Assembly (NCBI RefSeq): GCF_004010195.1
Contig: NC_057753.1
Coordinates: forward strand, 7,436,130 to 7,500,129
DNA from: Chiloscyllium plagiosum
Lineage: Eukaryota
Direction: 5' to 3'
Length of the DNA stretch: 64,000 nt
Shown here piece by piece: positions 12,759 to 26,059 of this stretch. Below the pieces are notes generated by a model. It saw only the letters and a program-made list of their open reading frames with translations. It did no database searches and had not been told where the DNA came from. Positions within the stretch are counted from its first letter, which is position 1. Every line of letters begins with the position of its first letter. Made by a program: the position numbers and the translations under genes.

Positions 12759-13579
12759 GAAATATTTCATAGCAGCATTAAAAACAACAACTGAAAGACA
12801 ACCAACTCACAGAAGAAACCCAGCAAACCATCAGACAGGTAGTCTCACTAATATCCAGCAGAAAGAAGGAAGGAAACACACTCAATACATAAGAAAGGAA
12901 AGCTCTAGAAAAACTAAAACAAGTTATCCTACCTGCAGACAAAGGAGGCTTGACAGTCATTTTAAATCAAAGAGACTAAAATGAGAAAGCGAAAGTTCTA
13001 CTTGCAGATACCAACACTTACCAACAAATGGTGGTAGATCCCACCACACAACTGGAGACCCGAATCAGTCCTACTCAAGAAACGTCAGAAATCTGGAGAA
13101 ATAAATCAGATCGAATTCCAAAAAATTAAACAAGATGTATCCTGCACACTATGTTTCTACCAATTGCCCAAAATTCACAAACCAGTCGCCCCCTCAGACC
13201 CACAGTTTCGCTACCTGGAACACCAACTTACAGATTGGCCAAGTAGTTACACTAACATCTAAAGCACACTGTAGAAAACTCATGCCACTCCATCCACGCC
13301 ACCCAATAATTCCTGAAGCCCATCAAAGACACCAAGATAGAAGAGGATGAAATAATGGTCTCCTTTGATGTAACAGTCCTGATCCCATCCATTTACCTCA
13401 ACCTGGCCAATGAAACACTGACTAAACTATTAGAAGAACCAAAACTAAATACTCCAAACACCACCAACTTCATCAGCAAGGGCAGTTCTACCCATTTCAC
13501 CTTCAAAAACAAAACCCACAGACAAATCAACGGAGTACCCACGGGATCTCCGATATCAGGGTTCTTAGCTGAGGCAGTA

Positions 13580-15725
13580 CATAGAACATAGAAAAGTACA
13601 GCACAGAACAGGCCCTTTGGCTCACGATGTTGTGCCGAGATTTAATCCTAATGTAAAATATCGTACCTTAATTTTCTCACCCCTCAACTCACTGCTATCC
13701 ATGTGCATGTCCAGTAGTCGCTCAAATGTCCCCAATGACTCTGCTTCCACTACCACAGCTGGCAACGCATTCAATGCATTCACAACTATGCTTAAAAACC
13801 TACTTATGACATCTCCTTTATACCTTCCTCCTAAAATATCTTCAAACTATGACTTCTCATATCAGTCAATCCTGACTTGGGGAAAAGTCTCTGGCTATTG
13901 ACTCTATTTATTCTTCTCATTATTTTGTACACCTCTATCAGGTCTCCTCTCTTCCTCCTTCTCTCCAGAGGGCAAAGTCTGAGCTTATTCAACCTTTCTT
14001 CATAAGGCATGCCCTCCAGTCCAGGCAGCATCCTGGTAAACCTTCTTTGCACCCTCCACAAAGCCTGTGTATCTTTCCGATAGCAGGGCGACCAGAACTG
14101 AACAAAATATTCCAAGTCTGGTCTCACCAGGGTTTTGTAGAGCTGCAGCAAAACCTCACGTCGCTTAAACTCGATTCCCCCGTTAATGAAAGCCAAAACA
14201 CCATATGCTTTCTGAACAACCCTATCCACTTGGGTGGCAACTTTGAGGGATCTATGAACTTGCACACCTAGATCCCTCTATTCCTCCGCACTGCCAAGAA
14301 TCCTGTCTTTAATCCTATATTCAGCATTCGAGTTCGACCTTCCAAAATGCACCACTTCGTATTTATCCAGGTTGAACTCCATCTGCCATTTCTCAGCCTA
14401 GCTCTGCATCCTGTCTATGTCGCGCTGCAGTCTGCAGTAGACCTCTATACTATTGACGACACCTCCAACCTTTGTGTCATCTGCAAATTTACTAACCCAC
14501 CCCTCAACCTCCTCATCCAAGTCATTTATAAAAACTACAAAGAGCAGAGGCCCAAGAATAGAGCTCTACGGGAACCCACTCAACACTGTCCTCCAGGCAG
14601 AATACTTTCCATCTAGAAACACTCGCTGCCTTCTGTCAGCCAGCCAATTCTGAATCCAGATAGCCAAATCTCCCTGTATCCCACACTTCCTGACACTATG
14701 AATGAGACTACCATGGGGAATCCTATCAAATGCCTTGCTGAAGTCCATATACACCACATCCACTGCGCGACCGTCATCGACCTGTCGACACCTCCTCAAA
14801 GAACTCAATAAGATTTGTGAGGCGTGACCTGCCCCTCACAAAGCCATGCTGACTGCCTTTAATCAAACTATGCTTTGCAAATAGTCATAAATCCTATCCC
14901 TCAGAATTCTTTCCAAAACTTTGCTGACCTCAGACGTAAGACTGACTGGCTTATAATTGCCAGGGATTCTCCTATTACCCTTCTTGAAAAGAGAAACAAC
15001 ATTCGCCTCCTTCCAATCCTCTGGTGTGACTCCTATGGCGAGTGAGGAGGCAAATAGCCTCACCAACGGCTTAGCCACCTCCTTTCTCGCTTCTCGGAGC
15101 AGACTAGAATAAATCAGTCTGGCCCTGGGGACTTATCAATCTTAATGTTTTCTAAAATTTCTAGCACATCAACTTCACCAATCTTGATCTGGTCATGACT
15201 GTATCCCAGCTCCTCTAAGTTTTCAACTACAACAAGTTCCCTTTCCTTGTTGAAAACCGAAGCAAAAAAAAAACTCATTTAGGGCTTCCCCTATCTGCTC
15301 AGACTCCACGCACAAGTTCCCTCCGCTATCCCTAATCGGCCCTACCTTCTCCATGACCATTCTCTTATTCCTCAAGTCCGAGTAAAATGCTTTTGGGTTC
15401 TCCCTAATCCTTCTTGCTAAGCCTTCTCCGTGCCCCCTCCTGGATCTCCTCAGTCCAATTCTGAGCTCCTTTCTAGCTGGCCTGTACTCCTCTAAAGCTG
15501 TGCTAGATCTTTGCTTCCTCCACTTGATGTAGGATGAGAAGTTCCTCTGTCCTCTTCATCCAAGTTTCCCTAATCTTATTCCTTCTTACCTGTCTCTGTG
15601 GAACAAGTGTGTGCATCAATCGCAACAACTGCTCCTTAAATAGTGTCCACATGTCTGCTGTGCCATTTTTGTAGAACAATTGCTCCCAGTACTTCCCAAC
15701 TCCTGTCTGATAACGTCATAATTTC
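13580..15725 (-). mobile_element. CR1 LINE (5'-truncated) inserted in the Penelope RT
   Basis: Minus-strand VDVVYMDFSKAFD, PEDWKEANV, LVRPDLEYFVQFWSP; tail (catagaa)n at 13580; Penelope RT resumes at about 15726. Confidence 0.93.
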
Positions 15726-16809
15726 TTGAACAAACAGCTCTACCAACTATCCAAACCAAACTTTGGGCCCACTACATGGATGACACCTTTGCCATCACTA
15801 AACGAAACAAATTAGAGGAAACCTTCAAGAACATCAATAATCTTACTAGCAAAAAATCCACTAACGAAGACGAAAGCAACAACAAACTGACATTCCGAGA
15901 TGTCGCAGTAGAGCGAACAGCCAATGGGGAACTTCAAACCAACACCTGCAGGAAAATAATGCACATGGATAAAATACTGAACAACCGAAGCAATCATTCC
16001 AACACCCACAAACGAAGCTGCCTTAGAACATTATGTCAACGAGCCACTGCACACTACAGCACAGAAAAACTATGAAGAACAGAGGAAATCATTTGTATAG
16101 TGTATTCAAAAAGACCAGGTGCCCAATGAACACAGTCCGCCGATTTTCCAGCAACAAATCCCCAAAATTAGACAAAACACGTCCAGAAACCCGAGCCACT
16201 CTCCCCTACATCAAAAATATCTCTGGAATGACTCCCAGACTATTCAGACCTCTTGCCATCATGGTAGCCCACAAACCCACCAACATTAAAACAGCAGCAA
16301 ATGAACTTGAATGACCCCGCAAAGACCACAAGCAAAAATAATGTCATTTACAAAATACCTTGCGAGAAATGTAACAATCAGTATATTGGATAAACAGGCA
16401 GACCTACATCTAGAACTTCAACCTGAGCTACAAATCTTCAAAACCTCACTAAGATAATACATTTATTAACACAAGGGTGTTTCACTCTGAGGAACGCCAC
16501 GCAATTGCAATCCAATGCGCACCATAACATGTGTGCTTGTGCGTGTGTGTGTGTACGTGTGTGAAAGAAAGAGTTGGTGTGTGTGCATGCATATGTGCGC
16601 ATGTATGTGTGTGTTTGCTGGGTGTTCGTGCGTATGGCCACGTGTGTTTCTGTTTTGACGCTGCTGTGAGCTACTCTTTGTCTTTTTATGATTGAACACC
16701 CGATGGCTTTCACCTTCCACAATCCCCTGTGCAGTAGCATGGGTAGGCCAGCAGCTGGTGGCATTGCATCAGTTGAATCAAAAGGGAAAAATTGACACAG
16801 AGAGCGATA

Positions 16810-17600
16810 CCCTCTGTCTCTTCCTCTCTCTTCCTGTCCCTTTCTCCTTCTCACACTCTCAGTGTACTTCTGACCCCTTCACCCTTTCACCTTCTCTCTG
16901 TGCCTCTCATTCTGCCTCTCTCTCTCTCCTATCTCCTTTTCACTTTTCCTTTGATTTCTCTGTTTATTTCTCTCTTTTTCTTCCAAACATCCTTTCAACT
17001 TCTGTCTGCTCTTCTCTCTCCTCCTCTCTCTCTTTTTGTCTCTCACTGTCTTTATCACTCGATCCCTCCCTTTCCCTTCCCTCCCACTAATACTCTCTTC
17101 CTCACTCACTCACTTTCTCGATCCCAATCTCCCATGAGCTCTCTCACTGTCTCTCGCCATATTTCACTCAGTGCCTTTCACTGTCTCTCCTTTGCTCTTC
17201 GTCTTTCTCCCTCTCGCTCTTTCCCTTCTGCTTTTTGTCTCACACACTCTCATTCTCGCTTTCCCCCCTCTCGCTCTCGCTCTCGTTCTCTACCTGTCAC
17301 CCTCTGACGTTCTCTCCATCATTTCCTTGGTCTCTGCTTTTCTCTCTATCTCTTACTTTCTTCATTACTCTGTCCTTCCCTCTCCCATTTCTCTCTCACT
17401 CCTATTCTCTCCGTTCCTCTTCCCTCTCTCGGGCTCTTTCTACTATACCGCTCTCTCTCTGTGTTACTCACCCCATTCCTCCCTGTTTCCATGTTCCTTT
17501 TTCTTTAACTGCCTCCGTCGCAGTCCCTCCCTCTCTGCCTCTCTCTCACTCCGTCCTGCTCTCCCTCTCCATCTCCATCTCCCTCCCTGTCTCTTTAATC
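16810..17600. repeat. CT-rich low-complexity tract
   Basis: About 800 bp of polypyrimidine sequence. Confidence 0.8.
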
Positions 17601-19324
17601 CCTCGAGTCTGACTCACCATTCGGAAAGATCATGTTTTGCTGAATGTAATTAATCTCCGACTTCCTGTGAGTCGGTGTGGAAGGGAGATGAGAAAACAAA
17701 CATCAGAAGCAAAGAGCGACTATGAGAAAAGACGGACAGCATTTATGAAACTGTCCTGAGTGTCAGTCAGCTGCTTATTGTTGACAATCTGGTGCTCTTC
17801 TCTTTATCGCTTCACAATTGAAAGGTAATTGATTGGATGCAAATTAACTCGACTCGACCTTTCTACGTTTTCTGCACAGGACGTAGCTGGGCAATTGCCC
17901 AAACTGATGAGTAAATATCCGAATTGTAGATAAACTGGCAGAGCTTGGTTCATAGCCTGACCAGTCTGGAATTCGGACGATCAGTGTTACTGCTGGAATG
18001 CTAACAACACGCTCCGCTTTCTCAATATCCAGTTCCTTCAGCTGTTTCCTGATAATAGGGCGAGTGAATTAAGTTAGTTCAAAACTGGCAGCCGAGAGGC
18101 TGAGGTTCTGAGAAAGAGGCCACGATGAGACGTTATGAAAGTTATACCTATGTGACCAGCCAATAATGGAGACAAAATAATACTTTTCACTATACGTATG
18201 TACATGTAACAATACTACATCGAATCAAATCAAAACAATGGATCATCAAGTAGATACTTCTCGTTGAGGATGGAAGCAAACACTTCTGCTGTGTTCTTGG
18301 AATGATGTCCTGTGTTCCCTCTGTTCTGAGTCTGGAAATATTTATGCACCTGCCTCCTCCTGCTATTGCTCTAGATTTTCAACTCTATTTCCAGCCCCCT
18401 CGGCAGTACCGTTCAATTAAGGCCTGATCTGCTTTTTAGGTGATCTCTGAGCTATGTCAAATCCAATCTGAATTCACCGATGGTGCGGCAATGGTCTGTG
18501 GGCCCACGCCTACACGTTTCCCCTAGAAGTGGACTGCAGTCTCATCCCAAACTTCCAAAGGTAACGACCATCAGCCGCACCGCCACACTATTCCCGGACA
18601 AGGGCCCGGGATCCTACGTGCACTTGTACGCAACCAACGACCTGCTGCATCAACACTGCACTGTTGACTTGACAACAGGATTCGTCCTCACCGAGACTAT
18701 GTTCTCTAGCAATATCCTGTGGTCCTACGTCGAAATATTCCCTTAACAATGGAAGATTAGAGGGGATTCGAGGAAGGCAGTCATTGAGATTGTGATAAGT
18801 AGATAGAGAGTGCAAGGGAGAGTAAAGGAGAATGGGGAGGAACAGACAATGAAAGAGAAAGACAAAGTGAGAGGACGAGATAGGGATAGTTCAAGGATGG
18901 GAGTAATTAATGGAGAGAGAGATGTCAAGGAAGAGAGATGTGTTGTGCCATGACCAGATCAGAGGGAGTGACACCAGATGTGGAAGCAAGGACAGACTGA
19001 CTGAAATCCAGTTGCTGAGCTCAGCACCTGTCCCCTACACTTCCCTGAGTACCGGGACTTGGAATCCAGTCAGACTCGACCCAGCTCAGCTTCTTCAACA
19101 AAAAGGAAAAAGAAGAGAAAAATGAGCTCTGCTGTTTCATTTTTATAAAAAAAAACAACATTTTTAGTTTTTACAATTTTAATTTAAATATACAGTAAGT
19201 GGAACGGTGCCTTTTCTCATTGGCCTCTAAGTTGAGTCAAACATTGAAATGTATCTATCAAATTTGCGTGGTAAAAGTCGGAAACGAGGACTGCCTCAGC
19301 CTGTAACCATTGGGAGAGGCTGTT

Positions 19325-20141
19325 TCATTGTTGCAAACATTGAACCGACATGAGAAAATCTTCGATGGATTGATTAAGTTGAGCAAAGGGATATTTCAAC
19401 ATATTCTTCAGCTGCTCTCTGAAGTTGATCTCGGTCATGGCGGTGTTTGTGCAGCAACTGAGGAGCTGCAGCATGAAGCTCAATTGCTGCAAGAACCAAT
19501 CCAGAGCTATGGTCAATAATATAAATCCGAATACATACAGAAAGCACCAATAACGTTGATCATAGCAGGATGAAATTAGCCGAGATCACAAAAAGGTAGA
19601 ATTATGGATGTTTTTGATTACTGTGTCACAGTGTCCCCATGGTTGTGTTCATTAGCAGAATTAGGAGAAATGGGAGAATCGGGATTATAATACATTGCAG
19701 GAACGCGAGTTCGGCCCAGGCACGTGATAACTTGACCTTTATTGTTGCTTGACAAAACCAGGGATATCGAATTGTGAGCATAAAATACCAGAAAGAGTTC
19801 TTTAACCAGGTCAGCTTCGTCACTATTCACAGAACCATAGCTGCCTTTTTCTCACTGCAACATTTCTTTTTCAGCTTCTGGCAAAGAATGGTCACAAATC
19901 GATCAAAGGTGGAAGTGACGATGAAGCAGCCAGAAAAGTCATTGCCTGCGTAAAGCATGACGGCATAGACTTTACACAGGCGGATGTAATACAGGACATA
20001 AAACAATCAGAAGGTTTCTCAAACTCGGATTTAAAATAACTAACAAAATATCCAACGTTGCCATGGCCACCAGGTAACGACAGAAACGTGGAGGCAATCC
20101 ATAATCTTTATACAGCAGGACGAAAGTCGTCATTACTTTGA
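19325..20141 (-). pseudogene. GPR139-like GPCR pseudogene (exon 2 only)
   Basis: Acceptor cgtcacAG at 20143-20142, then (V)KVMTTFVLLYKDYGLPPRFCRYLVAMATLD, TFDRFVTILCQKLKKKCCSEK, LKNSFWYFML, FMLQLLSCCTNTA, FREQLKNMLKYPF. In-frame TGA at 19829-19827, frameshifts and deletions. Confidence 0.9.
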
Positions 20142-20494
20142 CTGTGACGCAAAAATGCGAGATACTGAATCCATTACTAAGGTATGATATAAATCAGATA
20201 AACACTCCCATTCCAAATACACAGGCACTCACCCATAAGACCAAACGATTTCCAGAGAAATTCCACAATCTCAATCACTCTAGAACAGCCATAGTTCACT
20301 GTTTTTCAGTTCCTGCTTCGGATGGTGAAAACTTTGCCTTACTAAAGGACTCTATTCCAGTTCCTTGAAGACAACCCGAGTTTGGAATTTTCTGTTTTTC
20401 AGTCTCGTTTAAGTTCGATCCTCTGTGAAGAAAAAAATGAAAGCGCTGGGAAAACGTGCTCATCCCTTTTACGGACTGAGCCAACTCTTTCACC

Positions 20495-21050
20495 CTGAGA
20501 CTCCCTTGTGGTTTGGAGGGTTCCTTGGCGGAAGATGAGGCGCTCTTCCTCCAGTCGTCGTGTTGCCAAGATCTGGCGATGGAGGAGGCCAAGGACCTGC
20601 ATGTCCTTGGCGGAGTGGGAGAGGGATTTAAAGTGTTCAGCCAAGGGGCGGTTGGGTTGGTTGGTGCTGGTGTCCCAGAGGTGTTCTCTGAAACGTTTCG
20701 CAAGTAGGCGGCCTATCTCCCCAGTGTAGAGGAGGCTACATCGGGTGCAACGGATGCAGTAAATGATGTCTATGTGCATCCACCTAGGAACCCTCCAACC
20801 ACACGGAATGAATGCAGATTTCCCCAGCTTCCTCATTTCCCCTCCCCTCACCTTTTCTCAGTCCCAACCCTCTGGCTCAGCACTGCCTTCTTGACCTGCA
20901 ATCTTTTTCCCGACCTCTCCGCCCCCACTCCCACTCCGGCCTATCACCCTCACCTTAACCTCCTTCCACCTATTGCATTCCCAACACCCCTCCCCCAAAT
21001 CCCTCCTCCCTACCTTTTATCTTAGCCTGCTTGGCACGCCCTCCTCATTC
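20495..21050. mobile_element. Penelope-like fragment with internal inversion
   Basis: Minus strand 20500-20776 encodes IIYCIRCTRCSLLYTGEIGRLLAKRFREH (GIY-YIG). Plus strand 20780-21050 carries the downstream C-terminus (LGTLQPHGMNADF) and 3' UTR. Confidence 0.85.
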
Positions 21051-21174
21051 ATTGAAAAATACTGTCTGTTATTGAATGTACAGGAGAACGACGGTTAAAG
21101 AAAAATCCAGAGGATGACGGTTATGGAAAGATCTAGAAATTGCTCCAAGCTACATCCAGGACTACCTGCAATAA

Positions 21175-24100
21175 CCTACGGTGGAGAACTTTGTCAAACG
21201 CCTCACTGAAATCCCCATACACCACATCAACTGCTTTTTCCCTCATCCACCTGTTTGCTCACCATCTGAAAGAACTCAATATGTTTAGTGAGGCAAAACC
21301 GTATTGACTATCCCTAATCAACTTGTTCCTCTCCTGATGACTATAATTCCGATCTCTTATAACAATTTCCAACACTTCACTCACAGCCAAATGAAGGCTT
21401 ACTGGTCTATAATTAATAGGGTTGCCTCTAAATCTATCATTAACAGGGGGACAACATTTGCTCTCCTCCTTTCTTCTGGCACTATTCCTGTAGACAATGA
21501 CAACATAAAGATCAAGCTTAAGGCTCAAAGAAATCTCCCCTGGTTTCCCAGAGATCCTAGGATAAATCCCATACGAATCAGGGGACTTATATATTTCACT
21601 CGTCCCAGAATTGCTCACACCTACTACTTGTGAACCTCAATCCTATCTCGTCTACTGGCCAGTATTTCAATATTCTCTTCAACAACATTGCCTTTTTCCA
21701 GTGTGAATATTGACGAAAATTATTCATTTATCACTTTCCCCATCTTCTCAGACTCCATGCACAACTTCCCATTACTATCCTTGATTGGCCCTAAACTTTT
21801 TCTGGACATTCCTTATTCCTGATATACCTCTGGAAAGCTTCATGGTTTACCCTAATTGTACGTACCCTGACGTACTTTCCATGTTCCCTCCCGGACCTTC
21901 TTAGCTTGCTCTTCAGGTCTTTTGTCACTGACTTGTAACTCTCAAGCGCTCTAACTGACCCTTCACGTCATATGCTAACATAAGTCTTCTTCCTCCTCTT
22001 GACAAGAGATTCAAATTCTTTTGAAAACCACGGTTCCTTGCTTGACCACTTCCTCCCTGCCTGATGGTAACATACTTATCAAGGACACGCAGTAGTTGTA
22101 CTATAAACAAGCTCCACATTTCAATTGCGCGGAACCCTTACAGTTTCCTTCCCATCATTTGTATCGTAAATCTTGACTAATCGCATCATCATTGCCTTTC
22201 CGCCAGCAATACCTCTTGCCTTCGTTATTCACCTATCCCTTCCATTGCTAAAGTAAACATAACCAAGTTAAGGTCTTTATCACCAAAAGTACTCAGCTAC
22301 CTCCAAATCTAACACCTGGCCAGTTTCATTCCCCAGTGGCTTGTCTACGTACTGTGTGAGAAAAACGTCCTGCAGACATTCGAAAAAAATATGTCAAGGT
22401 TTCGAAATATAGAGCTTCCAGTTAATATTTGGAAAGTTAACGTACCCCATAACAACTACCCTGTCACTCTTGCTCCTGTTCAGAATTATGTTTGCTATCC
22501 TTCCCTCTGCACCTCTGGAACTACTCAGAGAACTATGGAAAAACCCCAACACATGACGTCGCCTTTCCTATTTCTAACGTCAGCCCATACTATCTCAGGA
22601 GACGAGTCATCAAACGGTCATTCTGCCACATTTATACTGTGTGTGACGTACAATACCACACCTACCCCTCTTTTACTTTTTGCGATGTTCTTATTGAAGC
22701 ATCTGAATCCCAGAACCTGCAACAACCATTTCTGTCCCTGCTCTGTCCATGTCTCTGGAATAGCCGAACTTCAAAGAACTTGGTACCAGCCAATGCTGCA
22801 AGTTCACCCATCTAATTCCAGATGCTCCTGGTGTTGCTTAACAGTGAACCCTTTCGCTTTGAAACCTCATTTCAGACCTCATTACTCTCCACCTAATGGA
22901 GACTGGTACTATAACTTAGGTTCCCAAGCCCCTGCTGAATTAGTTTATACCTTCCCGAAAACATTAGCAAATTCCAATCCCCCGCAGGCTATTGTTACCC
23001 GTTGGTTCATGTGCAAAACTAAATGTTCGCAGAAGACTCACCTATTGCAGAATGAGGATAAATTATCCAGGTATTCGAAATCATCCTCCTGCACTATCCC
23101 TGCAGCAACGTGTTCAGCTCCTCTCTCTCTCTCTCCCTCTTCCTCGTCTCGCTAGCACGTGTGATCGGTAACGAATCACAGAAAACTAACATTCAGGTCG
23201 AGTTCATTGATTTTCTACCTCAAATGCCCATCCCTTCTCTGACCTATGTCGTTAGAAACTATTCTGAACACGACTTGGGAGTGCTACCCCGCCCCTCAAG
23301 AATGCCAAAACAAAGTCCGAGACACCATGAACCCTGGGACCTGAGAGGCAGCACTCCTACCGTGAGTCTCTCTTATTTCGACAGAACCGCCTATCTATTC
23401 CCTGAATTATGGAGTCCCCAATGACTAATGCTCTGCTCATCTTCCCCTTACTTTCCCCTTACTTTCTGAGGAACAAGGACATATTCTGTGCCAGAGATGT
23501 GTAACCCATAGCTTACCCCGGTAAGTCATCCCCACAACAGTATCAAAAGGGTATGCTTGTTATTGAGGGGAGCGGCTGCAGGGGTTCCCTAAACTGCCTG
23601 CCACTTCTATTTCTGTTCCCTGTGAGAAAACCATCTGCCTTTTTTAGAATAGATTACATTACATTACAGTGTGGAAACAGGCCCTTCGGCCCAACAAGTC
23701 CACACCGCCCCGCCGAAGCGCAACCCACCCATTCCCCTACATTTACCCCTTTACCTAACACTACGGGCAATTTAGCATAGCCAATTCACCTGACCTGCAC
23801 ATCTTTGGACTGTGGGAGGAAACCCACGCAGACACGGGGAGAATGGCGCTATGAGGCAGCAGTGCTAACCACTGTGCCACCGTGCCGCCCACTGCACCTG
23901 ATTTGTAACCATCTCCCTGTAACTTATCTCAAAAACCCCTCTACATCCCGAATAATCTGAAGTGCATCCAGCTCCTGCTCCAGTTCCCCAAATATTTTTT
24001 GAGGAGCTGGAGTTGGGTGAACTGCCCACAGATGAAGTCAGCAGGGACAGTAGTGGTAACCCTATCCTCCCACCTTTTGCAGGAGGAAAGTTCAACTGCC

Positions 24101-24420
24101 CTAACCGCCAGTCCCAATATTATAAATCCCCAAAGACACTAGAGAACATAATGAATTTTTTCAAAAATCTATTTACGTTAACAATCCGGCAGACAGAACT
24201 TTTTTTTGGTTAGAGGTGGAGGATGGGTGGGAGCAAATACTTAAGTAATGTTTCAGCTATGCAACCAGCCATATATACGACTTCACGTATTCAGGAGTTC
24301 CATGTCCGGTCCAGCTCAGTGTGCACTCCGTCTGTTCACGAGGTAAGTTATTAAGCAATAATTAACCTCCCCATCAGCCCCTGATCGATGTTCCCGCTCT
24401 TCCTGCTGCTGAAATAAAAA
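21175..24420 (-). mobile_element. CR1 LINE 5' portion (5' UTR, ORF1, endonuclease, start of RT; decayed)
   Basis: SPDSYGIYPRI, NYRPVSL, SQYGF; endonuclease motifs (VVMGYVNFPNINW) near 22420-22460; ORF1-type sequence at 23160-24100. Confidence 0.8.
23643..23890 (-). mobile_element. V-SINE (HE1-like), internally deleted
   Basis: Reverse complement starts GGGCGGCACGGTGGCACAGTGGTTAGCACTGCTGCCTCA; tail gggccgaagggcctgtttccacactgtaatg. Confidence 0.85.
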
Positions 24421-25507
24421 TGGAGGGTTCCTCCTTCCTCTTTAATGTTTATTTTCTGCCTTAAAACCTGTAACAGTATACTGTTTCAATAATTAAAAAT
24501 ACATGAACTTAATTTCAAAAGCGCACCATGGTTATCGTCTCAGGTGTCCTCATTCTCTCGGATGAAAATCTCCGAGGGTGTCTTCTGTCTTTTACTGCAA
24601 AGAGTTTCATATGAGAAGAGACCTTTGGTAGAGAGTGCTTTAAATGGCAGTCTCTCTCGATAGCAGGTTCTCTATGACGAACAGATGTTCTCTGGATAAC
24701 TTTCAAAATGTCTCTTTTTTTGCATCCCACGATTGTTCCCATGTGGCAAATGCAGTAAAGGCAATCTCGGTTGAGTGTTAATATCCTGTGGTATAATTTG
24801 AACTGATTCGTTAGATTTGAGTTGTGGTCAAATCACCTAAGATATCGAGTTTATAGCCAGATGTTGAATATTTTAAATTTTCTCAGACACTCTGAGACTG
24901 CTAGTCAGTCACGTGACAGGTGCCTGCACGTTTTCGGTGCAAAGCAGCTTTCATTCTCTCTTAAAGGTATAGTACACGCCTTCGACTTCCTTAAGCACAC
25001 CTTATTAATTATCCACCTTTAATGCTATTGTGTCCCTCTCGTCTGACACGAGACAGGTTTTTCCCGTTCGTCACAGCCAGACCAATTCCCCCTGCTTCGA
25101 TATGCCAGAATTGACCAGTCTCGCAGTTGCTGGTCACAGCTGGAAAAAGGCTCCTGTGCATTTCTAATGTCACTGCAGACCTGCCCAGTTTGTGTCTTTT
25201 CCCCAGACATGGCAATAATCGTTGCTCATCCAGTTCAGTTTAGTACCGATTCCAAACCTCAACCAGGGGATTATGTAGATGAACACTTTGCGATTGTCAA
25301 AACGTTTCTAACAGTTAATTCAACAGCAAACACCAGAATGTGCAGAACAGAAGGAATCCGTTGGGAGCATCATACCTTTACGGGATGCTTGGGGGTATTA
25401 CTTAATGCCTGGGGGTATTACTTAATTCATTTTGCTCTCTTTACATGTCCCCCGACCTTGTTTTACCTCCAAAAAGTTACAAATTGAAATTCGTGATGAA
25501 AATATTT

Positions 25508-25799
25508 ATTGATTAGATTACTTACAGTGTGGAAACAGGCCCTTCGGCCCAACAAGTCCACACTGCCCCGCCGAAGCGCAACCCACCCATACCCCTGCAT
25601 TTACCCCTTACCTAATACTACAGGCAATTTAGTATGGCCAATTTACCTGACCTGCACATCTTTGGACTGTGGGAGGAAACCCAAGCCGACACGGGGAGAA
25701 TGTGCAAACTCCACACGTCAGCCGCCTGAGGCGGGAATTGAAGCTGGGTCTTTGCCGCTGTGAGGCAGCAGTGCTAACCACTATGCCACCGTGCCGCCC
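25508..25799 (-). mobile_element. V-SINE (HE1-like), near full length
   Basis: tRNA-like head with A and B boxes, central domain, CR1-derived tail. Confidence 0.88.
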
Positions 25800-26059
25800 A
25801 CGTGTAGCATCATAACATGCACCAAGTTAGGATTGTACCTCTGTACCTTCCACCATTCTGAAACGTTCATTAACCTCTACCATGTGCTCTGTCTCTAAAC
25901 CAAAGTAGTACGTATTATGTATTCTTCTAGGAGTATCAATTATTTATTCGCATAATTCAAATTTGAGGCGTTCTCTCATCTCTGTGAATAAGTTGATGCC
26001 AGTATCTCTACTTACCCTGTGTCACTTCAATCTTCACAGAACCAAGATAACAATGGTTC

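Larger units (their letters stand above)
10650..16450 (+). mobile_element. Penelope-like element (decayed, most of the ORF) hosting MULE and CR1 insertions
   Basis: In order: SDRPLIDTEKVILIRGLSYNF, MVSFDVT, QINGVPTGSPISGFLAEAV, YMDDTF, ATLPYIKNIS, VIYKIPCEKCNNQYIG*TGR (GIY-YIG); terminus acctgagctacaaatcttc near 16420-16440. Confidence 0.85.

Noticed and set aside
16692..17653. Overlapping Ser/Leu-rich ORFs
   Set aside because: Polypyrimidine low-complexity DNA lacking stop codons.
22391..23155. 254-aa plus-strand ORF
   Set aside because: Antisense to a decayed CR1 endonuclease/ORF1 region; no recognisable domain.
25280..25370. Weak resemblance (rc attctggtg...actgttagaaacgtttt) to receptor TM5 coding sequence
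   Set aside because: Too short, and similarity does not extend on either side.
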